Made by a program: the position numbers and the translations under genes. Shown piece after piece: positions 46,679 through 54,165 of a DNA stretch of 64,000 nt; within the stretch, counting starts at the first letter, position 1; each line of letters starts with the position of its first letter. The DNA is from Candidatus Binatus sp. (GTDB lineage: Bacteria; Vulcanimicrobiota; Vulcanimicrobiia; Eremiobacterales; Eremiobacteraceae): positions 79 through 64,078 of the forward strand of contig DASRXC010000132.1 in NCBI GenBank assembly GCA_035654355.1, written 5' to 3'. The notes beneath the pieces are model-generated. The model was not told where the DNA came from and ran no database searches. It saw nothing but the letters and a program-made list of their open reading frames with translations.

Positions 46679-46716
46679 AAGCGGCGCCCCGCACGGGGCG
46701 CCGCTTTTGCGTTTTT
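46679..46716 (+). terminator. Rho-independent terminator after copy 1
   Basis: 12-bp perfect stem AAGCGGCGCCCC / GGGGCGCCGCTT with loop GCAC (46679-46706), followed by TTGCGTTTTT. Confidence 0.85.
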
Positions 46717-46779
46717 GACAGGCGGTACGTGGGCATAAGGAAGGCGCTGTGGCACCGCCGTGCCAGGAGGGTAAGCACT

Positions 46780-48123
46780 GTGAGAAGGCACTTCTGTACG
46801 ATTCTTGCGTTCGCCATGCTTGGGGCGGCGGGAATCGCACCGAGCCTGGCCGCCGGAACGGATACATCGGCAGCGTCCGGCGTGCAGCTGGTGGCAGACG
46901 CCGGAACGATGAATTTCGGATCTCCGCCTTCAGGCGAGATACCTATCCTTTATAACGATCACCATGTCTATGCCAATCCGAGCATCCTCAAGCAGAACCG
47001 CACGCTTGCGGCGCTAGTGAAAAACGGCGTTATCTTAGTTCCATTGCGCAGCATGTTCGAGGCGATGGGCGCCAGCGTAAGCTGGGATGCTGCCGCCAAG
47101 ACCGCGACTGCCCAAAAACAGGGCGCGTCGGTCCAAGTGACGCTCGGCAAGGCGGAAGCGGTCATCAATGGCGAGACCCGTCCGCTCGATGTGCCGCCCA
47201 TGATGTACAAGGGCAATGTGCTCGTGCCGGTGCGCGTCATGTCTGAGGCGCTGGGCGCGTACGTGCAGTGGGTGCCTGACCGGCGCATCACCGTCGTGCG
47301 TTACATTCCGCCGACGCCTGTGCCGACACCGCCGCCCACACCACCGCCGACACCGGTGCCGACGCCCGCGCCGACGCCAACGCCCACACCGAAGCCACCG
47401 GCGGAGTATCTCGGCTTCGCGGAAGGTGCGTATGTCTTCCATCGCATCTCGAACGAGTTCGCCGCACAAGCGACGACGACGGGCAGCTATCAGTATGATG
47501 CTGCACTACTGTTCAACCCGTTCGCGATCGAAGCAGGCCTACGCAGCGATCAGTACAACACTACCGTGAACGGCGTAGTGCCGGTGCTGCCGACGGTCTG
47601 CAACCCGTCGCTGGCGCCGAACCCGCAGGCACCAGGCACGCCGGTGACGTTCTTCAACACGATCGACGGTGGCCAGTGCTACGTGCCGCAATTCAAGGCG
47701 CGGCAGACGCTGGGCTACGCGAAGCTCATGTACAAGATCTTCGATCCGCACTTCTATATTGGCCTGAGCTGGATCGGCCAAGCCACGAACTACGGCTATC
47801 CCAAGCTCAACGGCTTCGGCGCCGGCCTGTCGAAGTTGCCGGATCTGAACAACACGTTCACCGTGCACGGATCGTACTATTACTACTGGAATTCAAGCGC
47901 CCAGTACACGGTCAACGATCCGAACAGCATTAACTTCAACCACGTGTTCACGCAGCGTTACGCGACCCAGGTGTACGACGTCGGTCTCGACTACGTGTTC
48001 AGCAAGCAGTTCCCGGTCTATCTCTACGCTGGTTGGGACGGTGACGTGATGGTCGCACGGGCGAACGCGCCGATCAATCAAACGCACTCGGGTCCGTATG
48101 TCGGATTGGGCTTCAAGTTCTAG
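46780..48123 (+). CDS. stalk-domain / Pro-Thr linker / beta-barrel protein, copy 2
   Basis: GTG 46780 after AGGAGGGTAAGCACT. Signal peptide VRRHFCTILAFAMLGAAGIAPSLA. Same architecture as copy 1, ending GPYVGLGFKF. Confidence 0.85.
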   Translation: MRRHFCTILAFAMLGAAGIAPSLAAGTDTSAASGVQLVADAGTMNFGSPPSGEIPILYNDHHVYANPSILKQNRTLAALVKNGVILVPLRSMFEAMGASVSWDAAAKTATAQKQGASVQVTLGKAEAVINGETRPLDVPPMMYKGNVLVPVRVMSEALGAYVQWVPDRRITVVRYIPPTPVPTPPPTPPPTPVPTPAPTPTPTPKPPAEYLGFAEGAYVFHRISNEFAAQATTTGSYQYDAALLFNPFAIEAGLRSDQYNTTVNGVVPVLPTVCNPSLAPNPQAPGTPVTFFNTIDGGQCYVPQFKARQTLGYAKLMYKIFDPHFYIGLSWIGQATNYGYPKLNGFGAGLSKLPDLNNTFTVHGSYYYYWNSSAQYTVNDPNSINFNHVFTQRYATQVYDVGLDYVFSKQFPVYLYAGWDGDVMVARANAPINQTHSGPYVGLGFKF

Positions 48124-48168
48124 TGCGACATCAACAATGAGCGGTCGATTGCAATTCGACCGTTGCGA

Positions 48169-48204
48169 CGAAGCGGTCGAGTGAATCGGCCGCTTCGATT
48201 TTTG
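48169..48204 (+). terminator. Rho-independent terminator after copy 2
   Basis: Stem CGAAGCGG(TCGA) / (TCGG)CCGCTTCG at 48169-48197, followed by ATTTTTG. A second 7-bp hairpin (CGGTCGA/TCGACCG, 48142-48162) lies just upstream. Confidence 0.75.
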
Positions 48205-48463
48205 CAAAAAGTCACTGTCCCGCATTCAAAAACGGGGGAGTGTCATAAGCCCGCTCTGCGGGAGGGCTTGCTGTTCCGCAGGGGAAAGGTCCTTTGATGT
48301 GCGGCCTTCATGCGAGCTTCCGTATCGTTGAGGGTTGCTTTTTTGGGGACGCGAGACCGCTTTCTCGTCTCCGGCTCTCGGGAATGTTGGCGGTCGATCG
48401 TTACCCGTGGAGCAAAATGAATTTACTCAGTTATTATTCACTTCGCGCCAGGAGGGTAACAGG

Positions 48464-49912
48464 TTGAGAAAACTCCACGTCGCGGCCTTCGCAGCAATAG
48501 TGTTTGTCGCCGCGGGGATCGCACCCAGCTTCGCTGACGGAACTACCGTCAACGGTGCCGCGGTCAATGCGACGCTCACATCCGGAACGGCAACTCTGGC
48601 AACGTCCGGAACACAGATCGCTGCTGACTTCGGCTCGCCGCCGTCGGGCGAGATCCCGATCCTTTACAACGACCACCACGTGTACGCCAATCCGAGCATC
48701 CTCAAGCAGAACCGCACGCTTGCGGCGCTTGTGAAGAACGGCGTCATCTTAGTTCCGCTGCGCAGCATGTTCGAGGAGATGGGCGCAACGGTAAGCTACG
48801 ACGCCAAGAGCAAGACGGCGACGGCACAAAAGCCGGGCGCCTCAGTGCAAGTCACGCTCGGTAAGAACACCGCGGTGATCAACGGCGAGGCCCGTCCGCT
48901 CGACGTGCCGCCTGAGATCTACAAGGGCGTGCTGCTCGTGCCGGTGCGCGTGATGTCTGAAGCGCTCGGCGCCTACGTCCAGTGGGTGCCCGACCGCCGC
49001 ATCACCGTCGTGCGCTACATCCCGCCCACGCCGGTGCCGACACCGCCACCGACGCCGCCGCCGACCGCTCCGCCGACGCTGGCTCCCACGCCGACGCCGA
49101 CGCCGAAGCCGATCGTGCATCGCGGCTTCGTGCAGGCTGGTCTGGTCACGGGCAAGACGTATAACGAGTACGCCGCCGGTCAGCACGACGTCGGACAGTC
49201 ATACGTCGCAGCGGGCGCGTATGAAGTCGAAAACTGGGCGTTCAAAGTCGACTGGGTCCAACACACGTACGACTCGACCGTTAACGGCGTCGTGCCGGCA
49301 GGCCCCGCGACCTCGCCGTGCCTGCCCGGAGTGCAATTCGGGCCTGGAGCCGCGGCTGCGGGTACCCCAACGACGTTCTTCAACACGATCGACGGTGGCG
49401 TGTGCTTCACCCCGCCGTTCAAAGGTCGCGATTCCAACATGGACGTCCGCCTTGAATACAAGATCTGGAAGCCCGTGAACATGTACATCCTGGGAGCATA
49501 CGGGCAACAGACCTCCAACAGCGGATTCCCAGCGTTGCGCGGCTGGGGCGGCGGCCTCGAGATCCTGCCGCGCCTCGACGAGAACTTCACCTACTACGGC
49601 TCGGTGCTCGACTTCCCGTCGAACCAGGGCAACTACACGGTGAGCGATGCCAATAGCAGCAACTTCGGCAACGTGTATCGCTTGCAGTACAACGTCGTCA
49701 AGTACGATGTCGGTGTCGACTGGGCGTTCGCCAACCCGCTCTATCTGTATGCGGGCTGGGGCGGCGATAACCAACACGGCAATTCGATCGTCGTATCGTC
49801 ATGCCAACCTGCGGGAACTGGTCCGTTCAGCGCCGGATGCCCGCCGATACCCGGCACGGTCTTCAGTCACGCCCACTCAGGGTGGTACGGGGGACTTGGC
49901 TTCCGGTTCTAA
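48464..49912 (+). CDS. stalk-domain / Pro-Thr linker / beta-barrel protein, copy 3 (diverged barrel)
   Basis: TTG 48464 after AGGAGGGTAACAGG. Signal peptide LRKLHVAAFAAIVFVAAGIAPSFA. An extra approximately 25-aa Thr/Ala-rich segment, the same stalk module and PT linker, and a longer, diverged barrel region ending GWYGGLGFRF. Confidence 0.85.
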   Translation: MRKLHVAAFAAIVFVAAGIAPSFADGTTVNGAAVNATLTSGTATLATSGTQIAADFGSPPSGEIPILYNDHHVYANPSILKQNRTLAALVKNGVILVPLRSMFEEMGATVSYDAKSKTATAQKPGASVQVTLGKNTAVINGEARPLDVPPEIYKGVLLVPVRVMSEALGAYVQWVPDRRITVVRYIPPTPVPTPPPTPPPTAPPTLAPTPTPTPKPIVHRGFVQAGLVTGKTYNEYAAGQHDVGQSYVAAGAYEVENWAFKVDWVQHTYDSTVNGVVPAGPATSPCLPGVQFGPGAAAAGTPTTFFNTIDGGVCFTPPFKGRDSNMDVRLEYKIWKPVNMYILGAYGQQTSNSGFPALRGWGGGLEILPRLDENFTYYGSVLDFPSNQGNYTVSDANSSNFGNVYRLQYNVVKYDVGVDWAFANPLYLYAGWGGDNQHGNSIVVSSCQPAGTGPFSAGCPPIPGTVFSHAHSGWYGGLGFRF

Positions 49913-49931
49913 CCGGGAACCACACTACAGC

Positions 49932-49968
49932 AAAGAGCGCCTCTTCTCGGGGGCGCTCTTTTTATTTG
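49932..49968 (+). terminator. Rho-independent terminator after copy 3
   Basis: AAAGAGCGCC (49932-49941) pairs with GGCGCTCTTT (49952-49961), followed by TTATTTGG. Confidence 0.75.
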
Positions 49969-49993
49969 GCTTATCGGCGCCCGCAGGTGCGCT

Positions 49994-50602
49994 TTAGCGC
50001 CGCGTCTTCGGGAAGAGATACGCGCCGACGTCCGCGCGCGGATCCGCCGGCGGCGCATTCGACATGTCAAACGCCGGGAGGGGCCGGTGCGAACTCAGCA
50101 TCGACTGCGCCTCGAAGCCGGCGCGCGTCGCCGGATACCGTGCCGCAAGAAAGATCAAATATCCGTGTGCGAGATCGTCGGCGAACGGCTCGCTCTTGCG
50201 CTGTAAGAATTTGGCGAAATCGAGGGTCGTGCCGGGGAGCCAGCTGTCCTGCGGATAGCGGTCGGCCCACACGCCGAGCGCATCCTCGATCGCCTTGATG
50301 CGCTCGAGCTGGATCGGCAGCGCGAGCGGCGAGTCGCCTTCGAGGTCCATGTCGCGCAGCGCGTTGCGCACCCCGAGATTGCTCAGACGCTCGGGGCCGA
50401 AGTATTCGTCGGCAGGCGCTTGGCGCGGCGGCGCGAGCGGCCTTGCTTGCACCGTGACGACCATCCACACGCCGCTGTCGTGCGGGGACGCCGGAGCGGC
50501 GCCTGCAGCCGCGCCTGGCGACATGGCGAACAGCGTGCACGACCCGAGGGCCGAAGCTGCGATCGCAAGGCGAGCCACGGGATAAAAAGGAGAAGCGCGC
50601 AT
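49994..50602 (-). CDS. secreted hypothetical protein, paralogue A
   Basis: Signal-like N-terminus. Shares ADEYFGPERLSNLGVRNALRDM...AIEDALGVWADRYPQDSWLPG with the next gene. No family recognised. Confidence 0.7.
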   Translation of the reverse strand: MRASPFYPVARLAIAASALGSCTLFAMSPGAAAGAAPASPHDSGVWMVVTVQARPLAPPRQAPADEYFGPERLSNLGVRNALRDMDLEGDSPLALPIQLERIKAIEDALGVWADRYPQDSWLPGTTLDFAKFLQRKSEPFADDLAHGYLIFLAARYPATRAGFEAQSMLSSHRPLPAFDMSNAPPADPRADVGAYLFPKTRR

Positions 50603-50647
50603 TGGTTCGTGCGCGCTTCTTAGCGTTCTTGGCGGCTGCCTGCCGCG

Positions 50648-51124
50648 CTAGTGGCTGCCGGCTACCGGCGGATCGACATTCGGCGGCGCAGGATTCGGCG
50701 CGACCATCGAGGGCGTTTCAACGCGCGCCAGCACTGCGTATTTGGTCTTCGGGAATTGACCGAAGAGAATCGAGCGGCAGCGGTTGGCCAGCGTGTCCGC
50801 TTGTGGCGTGTGCATGCGCCAGAACAAGTGCGACATCTCATATGCGCGCTTCGGGATCCATGAATCGTGCGGGTACTTGTGCGCCCAGTCCTCGAGCGCG
50901 TCTTCGGCCATCGACAGTCCGCCGACCAAGCGGGCCGCAAGCGTCGGATCGAAGTTCTCGCGTGCCGTGGTATCGCGGATCATGTTGTCGATGCCGAGCG
51001 TGCTGAGCTTCTGCTTGCCGAAGTACTCGTCGGCCGGTGCGACTGCGAGCTTCTGATCGGCGAACGCCGGAAGCGCCAGCACCATCGCGAAGCCTAAGGT
51101 GGCGAAAAAGCGGAACGCGCGCAT
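50648..51124 (-). CDS. secreted hypothetical protein, paralogue B
   Basis: Trimmed to ATG 51124 (MRAFRFFATLGFAMVLALPAFA signal peptide). ADEYFGKQKLSTLGIDNMIRDT...MAEDALEDWAHKYPHDSWIPK is parallel to paralogue A. Confidence 0.72.
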   Translation of the reverse strand: MRAFRFFATLGFAMVLALPAFADQKLAVAPADEYFGKQKLSTLGIDNMIRDTTARENFDPTLAARLVGGLSMAEDALEDWAHKYPHDSWIPKRAYEMSHLFWRMHTPQADTLANRCRSILFGQFPKTKYAVLARVETPSMVAPNPAPPNVDPPVAGSH

Positions 51125-51186
51125 AGGTGTAAATCCTCGTGGCGGACGGTTTGAGCTGATTATATTGAATATCGGCATTCCGAACC

Positions 51187-51813
51187 GTGGCGCACGTCAC
51201 GAAAGGCTCTCTCGGAGCCCGTCCTGAAAGGGCGCGCGTGCCCGACTATCTCGCGCACGAGGGCCTGGAACATGCGGAGCGAGCTCAGGCGGCCGTCCAA
51301 GGCACCTCGGACCCGTTCTTGCGCTTCGTTCCGGTCGCCGCCGCCGTACTGGCCGTGCTCGCTGGGCTGTCGAGTCTGTACGGCAATCGCTTGGCCGAAC
51401 GCATGCTCAAGCTGGGCGGTGCCGCGGTCTTGAGCCAAACGCGCGCCTCCGACACGTGGGCGGAATACGAAGCCGATAGCCTCAAGGCGCACGTCACGCA
51501 AGCAGCCTCTTTGATCGCGAGCGATCCGAAAGAGCGCAAACAGCTCGCTGCGCAGGTCCGCACCTTTCGCAACCGTCAACCACCTCTGCGCGCGGAGGCC
51601 GAGCGCCTCGAAGAGGACCGCACGGCAGCGGTCAACGACATGGATTCCTCCGAGTTGAAAAAGCTGCGCTTCGACGTTGGGACGGCGCTCTTCCAGATCT
51701 CGATCGTGCTCGCATCAATCGCAGCCATGGTGAGGCGCCGACCTTTGTTCATCGCCGCTCTGATCGGCGGCGCGCTGGGCGTCCTGTCTTGCATCGTCGG
51801 ACTGCTGCTCTGA
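51187..51813 (+). CDS. DUF4337-like membrane protein
   Basis: About 200 aa. Hydrophobic helices FVPVAAAVLAVLAGLSSLY, ALFQISIVLASIAAMV and FIAALIGGALGVLSCIVGLLL. The ASDTWAEYEADSLKAH segment matches my recollection of DUF4337. Family assignment unverified. Confidence 0.65.
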   Translation: MAHVTKGSLGARPERARVPDYLAHEGLEHAERAQAAVQGTSDPFLRFVPVAAAVLAVLAGLSSLYGNRLAERMLKLGGAAVLSQTRASDTWAEYEADSLKAHVTQAASLIASDPKERKQLAAQVRTFRNRQPPLRAEAERLEEDRTAAVNDMDSSELKKLRFDVGTALFQISIVLASIAAMVRRRPLFIAALIGGALGVLSCIVGLLL

Positions 51814-53114
51814 AGCCGTCCTGGGTGATCGCGATCGTCGCGATCGTCGTGATCGCCGCGGGCGTCGGCGGCTACGTGAAACACCAGCGCGATCTCGCTC
51901 TGCCCAGACGCGTCGAGCTTGTTCCTTCAGACGCATCGGTCTTCGCCGGCTCGTCGATCGCGTTGCAAGCGCGGCTTGTCGGTGGCGATCCGTCAACACC
52001 AGTGCAGTGGACCGTGGTCGGGCCGGGCAGCGTCTCAGCGGCGGGTGTCTATAGCGCGCCAGCGCACGCCGGCGGCAGTGCGATCGTCGTCGCGCACGCT
52101 GACGGAGTGTCCGCCGCGGCGCGCGTGCGCATAAGCAGCCCTCCAGGCGACGTCGCGTTGCTGCTGATCGCATGTTACGAAGGCAACGGCATCGACGTGC
52201 GCCAGCTTACGACGCTGGCGCGCGCGGGCATCGTCGGCGCTCCGCAAGACGCGTCAGGAATGGCCGTCGACGAGGGACGGCGCATCGCATTCGTCGCCGC
52301 GAGCGAACGCGTGATGTTCGTCGATTTGCGCACGATGGCAGTGCATTTGTCGGTACCGCAGCGCAACTCGCGTTTTTCGGGCGCCGTGGAACTGGCCGGT
52401 GCGTACTTCGCGGCCAGCGACAACAATGCGGGCAAAGGCGCAGCCGGCATCTTTGTGTTCCGCGTCGGCGCCGACGGCGCGCCGCAGCTTGTCGCCACCG
52501 TCACCGCTGGCGACACGCCCGAGGGCATGGTCGCAACGTCAGACGGACGGACGTTCTACGTGACCAATGTCAACAGCAACGAAGTGATCCGCTATTCGTT
52601 CGATGGGCGCGGGAACGCGCGCGAGACCGGTCACGTCGCGACCGGCAATCGTCCATATGGCATCGCGCTCGACGAGTCGCGCAACCTGCTTTTCGTCACC
52701 GACAACGACACGCCAACCGTCAGCGGCGAGCGTTCGCGTCCTGGTCTGGAGATGTTCCAGCTGCCGCAGCTTCGCCGCATCGGGTCGTCCATCAGCACCG
52801 GTTCGAAAGAAGCGCTACCGATCGGCGTCGCCGTCGACGAAGCAGCCGGGCGAGTTTTCGTCACCGACGAAGGCGATTCGAACGTCGTGGTCTTCGAAGT
52901 CCCCTCGCTGCGCAGAATCGCGACGTTGCCGACCGGCAAGTGGCCATGGACACCATATCTGGACCCTCATGCCGCACGGCTGTATGTGCCGAGCGCGCAT
53001 GACGATGCGGTCGATGTGTTTGACACGCGCACGCTGCAACAGGTTCGTCCGCCGCTGCAGACGTGCGCGTATCCTACGAACCTGGTGACCTACGCCGCAG
53101 GAAAGGTGCGTTGA
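51789..53114 (+). CDS. membrane-anchored YVTN/lactonase-type beta-propeller repeat protein with Ig-like N-terminal segment
   Basis: TM helix WVIAIVAIVVIAAGVGG, an Ig-like stretch (SIALQARLVGGDPSTPVQWTVVGPGSVSAAGVYSAP), then repeats FYVTNVNSNEVIRY, LFVTDNDTPTV, VFVTDEGDSNVVVF, LYVPSAHDDAVDVF. TTG 51789 overlaps the previous gene; GTG 51825 is an alternative. Confidence 0.78.
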   Translation: MHRRTAALKPSWVIAIVAIVVIAAGVGGYVKHQRDLALPRRVELVPSDASVFAGSSIALQARLVGGDPSTPVQWTVVGPGSVSAAGVYSAPAHAGGSAIVVAHADGVSAAARVRISSPPGDVALLLIACYEGNGIDVRQLTTLARAGIVGAPQDASGMAVDEGRRIAFVAASERVMFVDLRTMAVHLSVPQRNSRFSGAVELAGAYFAASDNNAGKGAAGIFVFRVGADGAPQLVATVTAGDTPEGMVATSDGRTFYVTNVNSNEVIRYSFDGRGNARETGHVATGNRPYGIALDESRNLLFVTDNDTPTVSGERSRPGLEMFQLPQLRRIGSSISTGSKEALPIGVAVDEAAGRVFVTDEGDSNVVVFEVPSLRRIATLPTGKWPWTPYLDPHAARLYVPSAHDDAVDVFDTRTLQQVRPPLQTCAYPTNLVTYAAGKVR

Positions 53115-53116
53115 CG

Positions 53117-54160
53117 ATGCGCGCGTTGTACGCCGCGAAGCTCGGCGGCGATATGCCGCTTTCGAATCTCGAACTCGGCGACCGGCCCCAGCCGCAGCCT
53201 GGGCCTGGCGAGGTGCGTGTCAGAGTGCTGGCCGCGACGCTGAACCATCATGACTATTGGACGCTGCGCGGCGTTGTCGGCTATCCGATCACGCCGCCAC
53301 GCATCCTCGGCTGCGATGCCGCTGGCATCGTCGAATCCTACGGCGGCGAGGCGCCTGATGGCGCGCCATCTGAAGGCAGCGAGGTCGTCGTCTATCCGGT
53401 CCGCGCGTGCGGAGAGTGTCACGGTTGTTTGTCCGGCGACTTCATGCTGTGCCGCACATTCACCATGCTCAGCGACGGCGATCGCGAGGGGTCGTTCGCC
53501 GACTACGTCGTCGTGCCGGCATCCGCGGTGCTCCCAAAACCAGCGGATCTTACCTTCGCCCAAGCCGCCGCGCTGGGCGTCACGTATCTCACCGCCTACC
53601 GCATGCTGTTCAAGAAGGCAAGACTGCGGCCGGGAGACAGCGTGCTCGTGCAGGGCGCGAGCGGCGGTCTTTCGACTGCTGCGATTCAGCTTGCCAGCCG
53701 GTCCGGTCTGCACGTGATCGTTTCTTCGCGAAACGCTGACAAGCTCGAATACGCAAAAAAGATCGGCGCGCGTGATGTGGTGCTCGCCGGGAAAGACGCG
53801 GCGAAGGCGGTGATCAAGCTGACCGGCGGCGACGGCGTCGATGCCGTGATCGAGTCAGTCGGTGAGCCGACCTGGGGAACGTCGCTGCGGGCGGTACGGC
53901 AAGGCGGCACCGTCGTTGTCGCGGGCGCGACGGGTGGGCCGAATCCCCCGGCCGACTTATCTCGTATTTTCTGGCGCCAGATCACGATCGCTGGGTCGAC
54001 AATGGGCTCGCCGTCTGAGTTCGCAGAGCTTGTGCGCTTCGTCGAGCTTACCGGCATCAAACCGGCGGTCGACGCGGAGTACCGACTAGAAGACGCTGCC
54101 AAAGCGTTCGAGCGCATGGCTGCCGGCGAGCTGATGGGCAAACTCGCGTTGACCTTATAA
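53117..54160 (+). CDS. zinc-binding alcohol dehydrogenase family oxidoreductase (MDR)
   Basis: Trimmed to ATG 53117 (MRALYAAKLGG...). GEVRVRVLAATLNHHD, the CGECHGCLSGDFMLC structural-zinc loop, and the VQGASGGLS Rossmann motif. Confidence 0.87.
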   Translation: MRALYAAKLGGDMPLSNLELGDRPQPQPGPGEVRVRVLAATLNHHDYWTLRGVVGYPITPPRILGCDAAGIVESYGGEAPDGAPSEGSEVVVYPVRACGECHGCLSGDFMLCRTFTMLSDGDREGSFADYVVVPASAVLPKPADLTFAQAAALGVTYLTAYRMLFKKARLRPGDSVLVQGASGGLSTAAIQLASRSGLHVIVSSRNADKLEYAKKIGARDVVLAGKDAAKAVIKLTGGDGVDAVIESVGEPTWGTSLRAVRQGGTVVVAGATGGPNPPADLSRIFWRQITIAGSTMGSPSEFAELVRFVELTGIKPAVDAEYRLEDAAKAFERMAAGELMGKLALTL

Positions 54161-54165
54161 TCCTG

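Larger units (their letters stand above)
45311..49912 (+). repeat. tandem array of three paralogous stalk-domain/PT-linker/beta-barrel genes
   Basis: Three collinear paralogues. Copies 1 and 2 are near-identical over linker and barrel, including a perfect 107-nt run. Copies 2 and 3 share a near-identical 91-nt patch in the N-terminal module. Confidence 0.9.

Noticed and set aside
46715-46741. TTGACA at 46715-46720 as a -35 box for copy 2 of the barrel genes
   Set aside because: The best downstream -10 candidates (CATAAG, TAAGGA) are weak and sit at 13-15 nt spacing. Promoter consensus for this lineage is unknown, so no promoter feature was called.
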